This document shows positions 55,107 through 64,000 of a stretch of 64,000 bases of DNA, piece by piece. The stretch covers positions 84,937 to 148,936 of the forward strand of contig CP065009.1 of assembly GCA_016699755.1 (NCBI GenBank). The letters run 5' to 3'. The stretch's first letter is position 1. Each line of letters opens with the position of its first letter. The notes beneath the pieces are model-generated. The model saw only the letters and a list, made by a program, of their open reading frames with translations. It did no database searches and was not told the origin of the DNA. The position numbers and the translations under genes are program-made. This DNA is from Candidatus Peregrinibacteria bacterium. GTDB taxonomy: Bacteria; Patescibacteriota; Gracilibacteria; CAIRYL01; GCA-016699755.

Positions 55107-55310
55107 TTGCTCTTTTGAAAAGGAGTAGAATTTTTATCAGTTGTTCTTTTTACCATGTCATTTTCTTTTTGTAAAATTTTGTTTTTAATTTCTATGACAA
55201 AAGTAATTTTTGGCTTTGATGTTGATCTCGGACGTGTAAATCAAAACAAAAACTCTAATTTAGAGCGAGGAGAATCCGAGGGAAAAGGGGAAGAAAAGAA
55301 GGGGAGTAGT

Positions 55311-55341
55311 ATAAGAAAAACACCTCTTGTAGAAGAGGTGT
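55311..55341 (-). terminator. Rho-independent terminator downstream of rplK
   Basis: On the minus strand: ACACCTCTT-CTAC-AAGAGGTGT followed by TTTTCTTAT. It lies about 30 nt after the rplK stop. Confidence 0.55.
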
Positions 55342-55371
55342 TGTATTGTTCAAATGAAAAAATATTTTTCG

Positions 55372-55797
55372 TTACGCTTCTACCTTAATTCCCATTGATC
55401 GAGCGGTTCCGCCAATAATTTTCACAGCGGCATCCATATTGTTGGCATTGAGATCTTTCATTTTCGTGGTGGCAATTTCTTCAAGCTGAGCTCGGGAAAT
55501 GGTTCCAATTTTATCGAGATGAGGCTTTGGACTCCCCGATTGTTTTCCGAGTGCTTTTTTGAGAAGAATTGCTGCAGGAGGGGATTTAACAATAAATGTA
55601 AAACTTCGGTCTTCATAAACCGTAATGACTACCGAAACCACAGTATCACCCATTTCTCGTGTTTTCTCATTGAATTGGGTACAAAAATCTTGAATGGGCA
55701 CTCCTGCCGATCCAAGTGCGGGTCCCACTGGTGGTGCAGGATTCGCTTTTCCTGCTGGAACTTGAAGTTTGACTATTTTTGTGACTTTCTTCGCCAT
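55372..55797 (-). CDS. rplK: 50S ribosomal protein L11
   Basis: [46 protein letters not shown]. Confidence 0.9.
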   Translation of the reverse strand: MAKKVTKIVKLQVPAGKANPAPPVGPALGSAGVPIQDFCTQFNEKTREMGDTVVSVVITVYEDRSFTFIVKSPPAAILLKKALGKQSGSPKPHLDKIGTISRAQLEEIATTKMKDLNANNMDAAVKIIGGTARSMGIKVEA

Positions 55798-56435
55798 TAT
55801 TGAAAAAAGAGAGGAAAAATGTTCGATTTCATCAGGGCATCATGGTAACTCCTTTGATATTGAAAGGCAAGCACTTTTCTATCGGAACGCGCTACCATAA
55901 AAACCGTATCGGGGAAAGTAATAGTGTCATTGAGGTAGAAATTCGCTTTTCCTACCGTATTTTGTGGTTCGGAGAGGGAAACTTTTGCATTTAAGTTCTT
56001 TGGAAGAGCACCATCAATCTTTGCTCGAACGAGAGAGAAGAGGCGTCCTGCGCTCATAGATTCAGTTGGAATAACGCGACTCACCTGACCTATTTTTTCT
56101 CCATTCCACAAAAATGGAAAGGTAACAACAAGAAAACCGTCTCGTTCTGGCTGAACCGAAGCATGCTGAAAGAGGGCAGAATGACGATTCCCCATCTCAA
56201 GAGAAGCACCCTTTGATTCAAGCTGAGCAACGGAGAAATATTGCTTTGGATCCACTCCTTTAACAACAGGCGTTTCACCATCCTTATTTTCCTCAGAAAC
56301 GGCATATTGACTTTCTTCTTGCGGAAGAAGAGCCACCTCCGCTCGATCAAGAGTTTCTGGGCGAACCACAATTTCGAGGGAAACAACGGCGAGTGCTACC
56401 CCTAAAACACCGGAAGCAACGAGGAGAGTCCGCAT
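55797..56435 (-). CDS. hypothetical N-terminally anchored protein inserted between nusG and rplK
   Basis: Start placed at the in-frame ATG at 56435 ([23 protein letters not shown]), because the track start overlaps nusG. The stop TAA overlaps the rplK ATG by 1 nt. Confidence 0.5.
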   Translation of the reverse strand: MRTLLVASGVLGVALAVVSLEIVVRPETLDRAEVALLPQEESQYAVSEENKDGETPVVKGVDPKQYFSVAQLESKGASLEMGNRHSALFQHASVQPERDGFLVVTFPFLWNGEKIGQVSRVIPTESMSAGRLFSLVRAKIDGALPKNLNAKVSLSEPQNTVGKANFYLNDTITFPDTVFMVARSDRKVLAFQYQRSYHDALMKSNIFPLFFQ

Positions 56436-56445
56436 GAAAAAAGTG

Positions 56446-57033
56446 TTATTTCTTTTGAATCTGAGAAAAAGAGAGCTCCATGGGGGTTTCGCGTTCAAAG
56501 AGTGTAACAAGGACGCGAAGCTTTCCTTTTTCGGGATATACCTCGCTGACAACACCCTCATGAGTGGCGAATGGTCCATCGATAATTTTCACGATATCGC
56601 CTTTTCCAAAGTCTGCTTTGTACTTTGGTTCATTAACTCCCATTCGTTTTCGTACAAGTCCAAATTCCTCAGGAGTAACGGGAACTGGAATATTTCCCGA
56701 TCCAACAAAACCGGTGACGTTTGGTGTATTCCGCACAACATACCAACTCTCATCTGTAACAACCATGCTGACGAGCACGTATCCTGGGAAAATACATTTT
56801 TTGCGTTGGACAGGTTTTCCTTTTCGCAAAATAACTTCGGTTTCTTTTGGAACAACAATTTCAAAGATTTTTCCTTGCATATTCATCGACTCAATTCTCT
56901 GCTCTAGCGCATTTTTTACGGAATCTTCATATCCAGAGTAGGTATGAATTACATACCAATTCCGTCCTGCTTTGGAATCTTGACGACCAGCAGATTCTTC
57001 TGTTGCTGTTTTGATAATGGTATCTTCTGACAT
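56446..57033 (-). CDS. nusG: transcription termination/antitermination factor NusG
   Basis: NWYVIHTYSGYEDSVKNAL (NGN domain) and GDIVKIIDGPFATHEGVVSEV (KOW domain). Confidence 0.9.
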   Translation of the reverse strand: MSEDTIIKTATEESAGRQDSKAGRNWYVIHTYSGYEDSVKNALEQRIESMNMQGKIFEIVVPKETEVILRKGKPVQRKKCIFPGYVLVSMVVTDESWYVVRNTPNVTGFVGSGNIPVPVTPEEFGLVRKRMGVNEPKYKADFGKGDIVKIIDGPFATHEGVVSEVYPEKGKLRVLVTLFERETPMELSFSQIQKK

Positions 57034-57038
57034 ACGTA

Positions 57039-57215
57039 CTAAAGAGAGAGAATAACTTTGCTGAGAACCAAGTCCACAAGACCAATGATGATGGCGCTTG
57101 ATCCAACAAAGATAGCGGCAACAATGCTAATGCGCATGGCATGATTTTTGGTAGGCCACTGAACCTGTCGAAGCTCATGAATAGCCTCCTGAAGGTATTT
57201 TTTAACGGAATTCAC
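57039..57215 (-). CDS. secE: preprotein translocase subunit SecE (58 aa, GTG start)
   Basis: Not in the ORF track. My translation is VNSVKKYLQEAIHELRQVQWPTKNHAMRISIVAAIFVGSSAIIIGLVDLVLSKVILSL*, directly upstream of nusG. Confidence 0.65.
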   Translation of the reverse strand: MNSVKKYLQEAIHELRQVQWPTKNHAMRISIVAAIFVGSSAIIIGLVDLVLSKVILSL

Positions 57216-57289
57216 GAAAAAATAAGACAGGAAAGAAAAAGTATCACTTTTCGATTTTGAAGTATTTTTTTCAAATCTGCAAGAAAGTA

Positions 57290-58285
57290 TTATACAAAAA
57301 GCTCGGAAATCTGTACGGCATTGAGTGCCGCACCTTTTAAGAGTTGATCTCCGCAGAGAAAAAAGTCGATTCCGTTTTCCCCAAAAATAAGACTCTGTCG
57401 AATGCGCCCTACTTCTACATTTTCCTTTTGAGAAGCGGTGAGTGGCATAGGATAGAGAAATTCTTCTGGTGCATCTCGCACCTCTACTCCGGGCGACATC
57501 TTGAGAATTTCCCTTGCCATTTCTGGGGAAATCGGTTTTTCTGTTTCAATGGTTACCGATTCCGCATGCGCCCGAAAAGTAGGAATGCGAACTGCGGTAC
57601 ATGAAATTGGAAGATTTGGCGCTCCGAAAATTTTTCTCGTTTCCCAAGTCACTTTCATTTCTTCTCGGGTGTAGCCATTTTCTTGAAATGAATCGATATG
57701 AGGAATGAGGTTAAAAGGGATTGGATGAACAAATTCTTTATTCAAAACAGGTTCTCCATTTAAGAAGTGTTGTGTTTCGGTGCGGAGTTCTTCCATGGCA
57801 GGCGCTCCGGCTCCGCTTGTTGCTTGATAAGTAGAAACAATGACTTTTTTACAAGTGAATTCTCTGTGGAGCGGATAGAGGGCAACATTTAAAATGAGTG
57901 TACTACAGTTTGGATTTGCAATAAGTTTGTGCCCTTGTGCCGCTTTGGGATTTACTTCTGGACAAATGAGCGGTACATCGTTTTCTAAGCGAAAAGCAGA
58001 GGAGTTATCAATAACAATTGGTTTTCCCTTCGCGATTTCTCTTGCATATTCTTTGGCAAAACTGCCAGAAACTGCCATAAGCACAAAATCTAAATTCTTT
58101 GTTTTTTCCACGGAAAATTCTTCAACAGTTTTTTCTCCAAATGGAGTTTGAAACACCTTTCCGGCGCTTCTTGCACTTGCAAACAGATGAAGCTCCGAAA
58201 GTGGAAAATTGCGCTTGTGGAGAACGGAAATCATCTCTTGTCCTACAGCACCGGTGCATCCCACAATTCCCACAGAAGACGACAT
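57290..58285 (-). CDS. asd: aspartate-semialdehyde dehydrogenase
   Basis: In-frame ATG at 58285. VGIVGCTGAVGQEM (NAD(P)-binding), IANPNCSTL (active-site Cys) and STYQATSGAG. Confidence 0.9.
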   Translation of the reverse strand: MSSSVGIVGCTGAVGQEMISVLHKRNFPLSELHLFASARSAGKVFQTPFGEKTVEEFSVEKTKNLDFVLMAVSGSFAKEYAREIAKGKPIVIDNSSAFRLENDVPLICPEVNPKAAQGHKLIANPNCSTLILNVALYPLHREFTCKKVIVSTYQATSGAGAPAMEELRTETQHFLNGEPVLNKEFVHPIPFNLIPHIDSFQENGYTREEMKVTWETRKIFGAPNLPISCTAVRIPTFRAHAESVTIETEKPISPEMAREILKMSPGVEVRDAPEEFLYPMPLTASQKENVEVGRIRQSLIFGENGIDFFLCGDQLLKGAALNAVQISELFV

Positions 58286-58690
58286 ACTTGAATTGGAAAA
58301 AAGCGGAAAGGAGAATACAGAAAACATTTGAGAAAGGGAACTCCTGTGAAAGTAAAATGAGAACATGGTTTGGGTTTGCGACTTACCATGTTCACAATAA
58401 TTTCAATTTCAGCATGTCGTGAAAGTTGCTTTGAAATTACTTGCAATGACTCTTTTTTTGGATGGGATTTTGCACAGAGTCCAATGCAATTCAATTCCAG
58501 CAAAAAAAATATATATTAAACAATAAAAATTGTTGACAGAAAGAAATTAGTAATGATAAAAAATGCACTATTTTTGAGCAATTCGTTCTTTTACATCATT
58601 GTTGTTCTGGTGAGTATTCTTCTGTATTTCATTGCTAAAGATTGCAAGAAATCTATTTTTGATAGCGTTTCTTGTTCTTCGGTATATTGA

Positions 58691-59143
58691 ATGCAGATAT
58701 CCTGCTCGCCAGAAAGGTGGGCTTCTGAAAAAAAGAGGAATTTTGTTATGTTAGCTATATACCTGTGTTTGTCCTACAGTCTCCTATATGTGGGAGTGCT
58801 GATTTTTACCCATAGTGGGTTTTTTGCTTGGACACTATTTGTCCTAATCTTGCTCTTTCTCCTTAACGTTATTATTCGGGGACCTTTTTCCCCGTCACCA
58901 CATCCTCTTTTGAAGCTCCAACTCATTATTGGGGTTTTTGGATGGACTATTCTGGACATTGTTTTGATCAGAGGGATTTTTATGTGGGAGGGGGAGGAAA
59001 TAAATTATCTCCCCCTTAGAATTTTCATCTCGGTCTACTTGATCCCATTTTTTTTCTTTAAGTTTGTGGTTTGCTTTGTGATGATCTGTGATAAATGGGC
59101 TTCTTCTTGGCAAGTGTTACCAATAAGAAGAAGAGCAGGATAA
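58691..59143 (+). CDS. hypothetical membrane protein (about 4 TM helices)
   Basis: 150-aa ORF with four hydrophobic helices. No family recognised and the start is uncertain. Confidence 0.4.
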   Translation: MQISCSPERWASEKKRNFVMLAIYLCLSYSLLYVGVLIFTHSGFFAWTLFVLILLFLLNVIIRGPFSPSPHPLLKLQLIIGVFGWTILDIVLIRGIFMWEGEEINYLPLRIFISVYLIPFFFFKFVVCFVMICDKWASSWQVLPIRRRAG

Positions 59144-59149
59144 GACCTA

Positions 59150-59179
59150 CTGGAATCTCCTTGTATGAGGAGATTCCAG
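59150..59179 (+). terminator. 11-bp stem hairpin between convergent genes
   Basis: ctggaatctcc-ttgtatga-ggagattccag followed by tgcttttctt. It lies between the 59143 stop and the secA stop at 59196. Confidence 0.5.
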
Positions 59180-59195
59180 TGCTTTTCTTGGTGCC

Positions 59196-61868
59196 TTAAT
59201 CTTCTTTTCCACAACACTTCTTGTACTTTTTTCCGCTTCCGCACGGACACTGGTCATTTCTCCCTGCTTCGGGTTGTTTTTGTGGTGTGGTAGATTCTGC
59301 TCGAACACGTCCAGAGGATATTTTTGAAACGGCGGAAGGGGGAATATTATTTGCTGAAACTCGGTGTGGACCCGCGCGAGAAACCGTATCTTCTGCGGTG
59401 AGTGCTGTTGTAATTTCTTCCGCGTTAGTTTGAATATTTTTCGGTTTTTCTTCGGGAATTTCTTGTCCAAATCGAATTTCAATATTCATTTGGAACATAG
59501 TGCGTATAACCGAATTCTGAACTTTCTGAAGTAAGGTTTTAAACTTTTCGTAGCCAATTGCTTGGTACTCGTGGAGTGGATTTTTTTGAGCATATCCCAC
59601 AAGTGCTACTTGTTCTCGTAAGTGAGTCATGTCATCGATATGCTCCATCCAAAATTGGTCAATAGTCCGCAGAGTAACCATACGCTCGGCTTGTCGAAAA
59701 TATTTTGCATCCGAAAGAGCATCTTCCCGTTTTTGGTATTCGGTGGTGAGAAAGGTTCGTGCGAGTTCTTCTATTCTCTCTTCTGTTTCGGCGGTTTCGT
59801 AATCTACTATGGTTGGGGCACCGTGTTGATGAAGTGCAGAAATACCCGCGGCAAATTCTTTGAGCTCATACTGATGTGCTTCGCGTCCATGAATATGGAG
59901 ATTTCTCAGGAGTTCCACTTCGCCCTCAATCCACTTGAGAATCTCTTCGTGAATATCTCCTTGGTTTAGTATTTTTCGTCGTCGTCGGTAGATAATTTCT
60001 CGTTGGCGGTTCATAACATCGTCGTATTGTACGACATGTTTTCGAACATCAAAGTGATGTCCTTCTACTTTCTTTTGTGCCGATTCAATCGATCCGCTAA
60101 TAAGTCGGCTTTCAATGGGCATATCATCTGGAATTTTGAGCGTTTCCATCATTTTTTGAAGACGATCAGAACCAAAAAGACGCATGAGCGAATCTTCTAG
60201 TGATAAGAAAAATTGTGTTTCTCCCTGATCTCCTTGTCGTCCCGCACGTCCGCGGAGCTGATTATCGATGCGACGTGATTCGTGTCGTTCGGAACCGATA
60301 ATGCAAAGCCCACCAAGTTCTGCCACACCTTCTCCAAGTTTAATATCTGTTCCGCGTCCTGCCATATTTGTGGCGATAGTGACTGCTCCAAATTGTCCGG
60401 CATTTGCCACGATTTCTGCTTCTCGAGCGTGATTTTTTGCATTGAGCACTTCGTGCGGAATGCCTTTTTGTTGCAAGAGAAAAGAGAGTGCTTCGGATCG
60501 TTCGATAGAAATAGTTCCGATGAGAACTGGTTGCCCAGAAGCATGTTTTTCTGCTGTTTTTTGGGCAATGGCAATAAATTTTCCGCGCTCATTTTTGTAG
60601 ACAACATCCGCTAAATCCTTTCGCGTTATGGTTCGATTTGTGGGAATAACAGCAACTTCTAATCCGTAAATTTTCAAAAACTCTTCCTCTTCTGTTTTCG
60701 CCGTTCCCGTCATTCCTGAGAGTCTGTGGTACAGTCGAAAGTAGTTCTGAAACGTAATCGTCGCCAATGTTTTGCTTTCGCGACGAATTTCTACCTTTTC
60801 TTTCGCTTCAAGTGCTTGGTGCAAGCCATCCGAATATCTGCGTCCAGGCATGAGACGTCCCGTGAATTCATCCACAATAATGACTTCTCCGTCTTTAACG
60901 ACATAGTCTTTATCTCGGTGATAGACTGCTCGCGCTCGCAAAGCTTGTTCAATGTGATGCACTTCCGCAAAACCAGCATCGCTGTAGACATTTTCTACTC
61001 CCATGAGCTGTTCCATTTTTTTGATACCATCTTCTGTGAGTACCGCTGTTTTTCGTTTTTCGTCCAAGTTGTAGTGTGTGTCTTTTTCGAGGTGTCGCAC
61101 GAGTGTGTCATATTTTTGATATTTTGAAGTCGATTCTTCTGCTGGAGCCGAAATAATGAGTGGTGTACGTGCTTCATCCACAAGGATAGAGTCGACCTCA
61201 TCCACAATGGCATAATGGAGTTCGCGCTGCACAATGTCTCGTGGAGTTGTTGCCATATTGTCTCGAAGGTAATCGAAACCAAATTCATTATTTGTTCCGT
61301 AGGTAATATCCGAAGCGTAGGCCTCTTTTCGTCCAGAGCGGTCGACATCATTTGTAATGACCCCCACAGAAAGTCCAAGATATCGGTAGAGGTGTCCCAT
61401 CCACTGGGCATCACGTTTTGCAAGGTAATCATTCACGGTAATGACATGTACGCCTTTTCCGGCGAGTGCTTCGAGATATGCAGGAAGCGTGCAAACCAGT
61501 GTTTTTCCTTCTCCTGTTTTCATTTCAGAAATACGCCTGCTGTGGAGGACAGCGCCTCCTACAATTTGAACATCATAGGGAATCATATTCCAAGTTTCTT
61601 CCTTTCCATTTACCTCAAAAGTACTTCCCGAAAGCCGACGACAAGCATTTTTAACAACAGCAAAAGCTTCAGGAAGAAGAGCCTCCGTTGTTTCTCCATT
61701 TTGAATTCGCTCTCGAAATTCGTCTGTTTTTGCCCGAAGCTCTTCATCGGAAAGAGCTTGAAGTTGTTCTTCAATCTTGTTGACCTCTTCTACCTTTTTC
61801 CACGCGGCTTTTACGGCTTTTTCAGAGGGGTCTCCCATGACTTTTTGGAGGAATGATGTGACGCTCAT
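59196..61868 (-). CDS. secA: preprotein translocase ATPase SecA
   Basis: In-frame ATG at 61868 (MSVTSFLQKVMGDPSEK). MKTGEGKTL (Walker A), DEVDSILVDEARTPLIIS, and a C-terminal zinc motif (CPCGSGKKYKKCCGK). Confidence 0.9.
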   Translation of the reverse strand: MSVTSFLQKVMGDPSEKAVKAAWKKVEEVNKIEEQLQALSDEELRAKTDEFRERIQNGETTEALLPEAFAVVKNACRRLSGSTFEVNGKEETWNMIPYDVQIVGGAVLHSRRISEMKTGEGKTLVCTLPAYLEALAGKGVHVITVNDYLAKRDAQWMGHLYRYLGLSVGVITNDVDRSGRKEAYASDITYGTNNEFGFDYLRDNMATTPRDIVQRELHYAIVDEVDSILVDEARTPLIISAPAEESTSKYQKYDTLVRHLEKDTHYNLDEKRKTAVLTEDGIKKMEQLMGVENVYSDAGFAEVHHIEQALRARAVYHRDKDYVVKDGEVIIVDEFTGRLMPGRRYSDGLHQALEAKEKVEIRRESKTLATITFQNYFRLYHRLSGMTGTAKTEEEEFLKIYGLEVAVIPTNRTITRKDLADVVYKNERGKFIAIAQKTAEKHASGQPVLIGTISIERSEALSFLLQQKGIPHEVLNAKNHAREAEIVANAGQFGAVTIATNMAGRGTDIKLGEGVAELGGLCIIGSERHESRRIDNQLRGRAGRQGDQGETQFFLSLEDSLMRLFGSDRLQKMMETLKIPDDMPIESRLISGSIESAQKKVEGHHFDVRKHVVQYDDVMNRQREIIYRRRRKILNQGDIHEEILKWIEGEVELLRNLHIHGREAHQYELKEFAAGISALHQHGAPTIVDYETAETEERIEELARTFLTTEYQKREDALSDAKYFRQAERMVTLRTIDQFWMEHIDDMTHLREQVALVGYAQKNPLHEYQAIGYEKFKTLLQKVQNSVIRTMFQMNIEIRFGQEIPEEKPKNIQTNAEEITTALTAEDTVSRAGPHRVSANNIPPSAVSKISSGRVRAESTTPQKQPEAGRNDQCPCGSGKKYKKCCGKED

Positions 61869-61995
61869 TTTGTTATTGGGTGAGAATATTCCGACCCAAT
61901 ATATCAAAAATATGAAGAACTGTCTCCTGAAAAAAATATAAAACAAGGGATGAGAGTGAGCCCATCCCTCTACAATATCTTAAGGGAAGAAGAAC

Positions 61996-64000
61996 TTATT
62001 TTTTAAACCACTGAAGTTGCCAGAATGACTCATTGCAAGTGTCATCTTTGCATCCACATTTCCACTCATTTGTACGCCACTGACACGTAAAGGCAGCGAC
62101 ATAATTCTTTTCTTTTAAGTCACCGTTTTGAAATGTCTTCTTTCCCTCACCAACACACCAATCTCCTGAATCGTCCTCTACGTTACAGTTAAAAGTAAAC
62201 TCATTCCAAGAACTCTTTTCTTCCGAATACATATAGCCCTTTTTGTAGACATACGTATTCTTATTTTCATTTCCTGTTTCAAAAGTAGCGGTATCTTCAT
62301 TGCAGGTTACCTGAAGAAGAAGAGGTTTTATACTGGAGAATATATTATATGCGGCACCATAATCTTGTGGAACTTCATCAGAATTGCGGAGCTCAGAGCA
62401 CTCTCTTGATGAGGAGCTCTCACATGTCATTTCCGCCGTTCCGTGCAATTGCGGATCAGTGTTTGATGCCGCAGGAACATCGTGTTTAATTTGGAGTTTT
62501 CCTCCAACTTTACAATAGCTGAGGTAAGTAGTGTATGCGCCTCCGGTTGCAAATGTTCCACTGAAGGCTTCTTTTCGTTCACATTGTCCTTCGGCAATGG
62601 AATTAAAATTAATATTCTGTTTGAGTGTTACTGAGGGAGGAGTTTGTCCTGATCCAGCAACACGAGCAGTAGAAATTTGAACATCACTAAGGTCACAATC
62701 GCAATAGCTTATTTCATGTTTCCATTGGCTGAGGGCACTTCCGGTAAAATCAATAGTTTTCAGTTCACTATTCCCAGAAGAACAGGTTTTTGGAGGACGA
62801 GGGGGAGGAGGAGGTATTGTATTATCTGTGACGATAATCGTTGCGACTGCATCTGTTTGTCCAGTCTTTTTTACGGTGAGTGTTGCTGTTCCGATGGCAG
62901 TTGGTGCGGTAAGAGTGCATGTTGTGGATCCGTCTGAACACTGATTTTTGGTGATACCTGTTGTTCCGGCATTCAGAGTAAAGGTGTGTTCACTGGCACT
63001 ATTGGAAACAGCAATATTCGTGACGGATGCTCCAACGGCAATGGATTGAGTTGTAGGAGAAACAGCAAGGGTGGCTCCACCTCCTCCACCAGATACGGCG
63101 GCGAGAATTTTTTCTGCATTCGCAAAGCCACATCCCGATTTTACATCTTTTCCGGGTGCATCAATGTCTTCTGCATTGTCACACATAATTTGTAAGATTT
63201 GCGCAGGAGTGAGCGAAGGGTCTTTCGACTTCATGAGTGCGGCAATGCCGGCAATATGTGGGCTTGCCATAGACGTTCCAATAAGCCTTGCATATTGATT
63301 TGATAACCATGTACTTCCAATGCCATTTTCTCGGCAGCTTTCAGTGTTATTTCCTACGCATTCTCCTGCTCCGGGGGCGGCAATATCGACCCAATTTCCA
63401 TAACTTGAGAAGGGAGCAATTTTTTTATAGAAATCTGTTGCCCCTACGGTGATAATTCCATTACAACTTGCTGGTGTTTCTGTTGGATTTCCTTCCTGTC
63501 CACTATTTCCAGAGGCAACCACTATGGTAACTCCTGCGTTAACAGCAGTATTAATTTGGTTCTGCCAATTATTACTGCATACGCCATCGCCGCCGAGACT
63601 CATATTGATGACATTTGCTCCATTTTGAGTGGCATAGCTTATCGCCTCAAAAATATCGTTGTCGTATGCTCCTCCGTCACCACCAAAGACCTTAAGAGGC
63701 ATTATTTTTGCGTCTGGAGCAATGCCCACAACACCATTGTTATCTTTTTTGGCGGCGATTGTACCCGCAACATGTGTTCCATGTCCCTCTGTGTCACTTG
63801 GATCTGTATCGTTGTTTCCTGAAAAATCATATCCGGTAACAAGTTGTCCTTGAAATTCAGGATGATTAAGGTCAATTCCTGTGTCAATAACTGCGACGAC
63901 TACTCCTTCTCCAGTAACTCCAGTCGCCCATACTTTATCGGCATTGACTCCCGCATTATTTTGATTATTAAAGTAGTGCCAGAGGTTGTCTTTATTTTCA
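61996..64000 (-). CDS. subtilisin-like (S8) protease, 5' end beyond the window
   Basis: The frame stays open to position 64000. My translation gives VVVAVIDTGID (Asp), GHGTHVAGT (His) and GTSMASPHIAG (Ser). An Ig-like domain, the shared module and a Cys-rich C-terminal domain follow. Confidence 0.85.
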   Translation of the reverse strand, partial: ENKDNLWHYFNNQNNAGVNADKVWATGVTGEGVVVAVIDTGIDLNHPEFQGQLVTGYDFSGNNDTDPSDTEGHGTHVAGTIAAKKDNNGVVGIAPDAKIMPLKVFGGDGGAYDNDIFEAISYATQNGANVINMSLGGDGVCSNNWQNQINTAVNAGVTIVVASGNSGQEGNPTETPASCNGIITVGATDFYKKIAPFSSYGNWVDIAAPGAGECVGNNTESCRENGIGSTWLSNQYARLIGTSMASPHIAGIAALMKSKDPSLTPAQILQIMCDNAEDIDAPGKDVKSGCGFANAEKILAAVSGGGGGATLAVSPTTQSIAVGASVTNIAVSNSASEHTFTLNAGTTGITKNQCSDGSTTCTLTAPTAIGTATLTVKKTGQTDAVATIIVTDNTIPPPPPRPPKTCSSGNSELKTIDFTGSALSQWKHEISYCDCDLSDVQISTARVAGSGQTPPSVTLKQNINFNSIAEGQCERKEAFSGTFATGGAYTTYLSYCKVGGKLQIKHDVPAASNTDPQLHGTAEMTCESSSSRECSELRNSDEVPQDYGAAYNIFSSIKPLLLQVTCNEDTATFETGNENKNTYVYKKGYMYSEEKSSWNEFTFNCNVEDDSGDWCVGEGKKTFQNGDLKEKNYVAAFTCQWRTNEWKCGCKDDTCNESFWQLQWFKK
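62414..62797 (-). repeat. third copy of the 384-nt module from the giant protein (inverted orientation)
   Basis: The reverse complement matches 15015..15391 with 2 mismatches and 14442..14825 with 4 mismatches, checked line by line. Identity stops abruptly on both sides. Confidence 0.95.

Noticed and set aside
55155-55388. A 77-aa plus-strand ORF downstream of rplK.
   Set aside because: It overlaps the rplK stop and contains the rplK terminator hairpin. The sequence is low-complexity (Gly/Glu/Lys) with no RBS or motif.
58533-58690. A TTGACA box at 58533..58538, and a 45-codon ORF (58553..58690, MIKNALFLSNSFFYIIVVLVSILLYF...) ending right before the ATG at 58691.
   Set aside because: The best -10 candidate for that -35 box falls inside the small ORF, so the two interpretations conflict. 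Neither can be supported without transcript or conservation data.

Overview
This window looks like a low-GC bacterial chromosome using the standard genetic code: long uninterrupted ORFs, and TGA serves as a real stop. Small tightly coupled housekeeping genes sit between very large modular surface proteins, and small T4SS-pilin-like genes are present, so I suspect a CPR/Patescibacteria-type organism. That placement is inference only. All family calls come from reading motifs by eye; nothing was searched.

Housekeeping content:
- truB, ruvC, ndk, rplI, secG, pth, secE-nusG-(unknown)-rplK, asd, secA.
- Two tRNAs: Arg-TCT and a CAT-anticodon tRNA.
- A MacAB-like efflux operon, a SulP transporter and a cell-envelope glycan cluster.

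Most notable observations:
1. A ~9.8 kb integrated island (28544..38368) is bounded by a perfect 32-nt direct repeat of an internal tRNA(CAT) segment. It carries a type III R-M system, an orphan ImmA-like protease, unknown genes and a large serine recombinase whose CDS runs into the tRNA 3' end.
2. A ~384-nt coding module is present at about 99% identity in three copies. Two are tandem in a 1905-aa surface protein, and one is inverted about 48 kb away in an unrelated subtilase.
3. Another subtilase ends in seven nearly identical 147-bp (49-aa) FG-GAP-like repeats.
4. A glycosyltransferase gene is frameshifted at a poly-A tract, and a vapC toxin remnant has TGA at a conserved Trp position.

Perfect in-frame tandem duplications recur in several surface and membrane proteins. 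No CRISPR array, rRNA or reverse transcriptase was seen.
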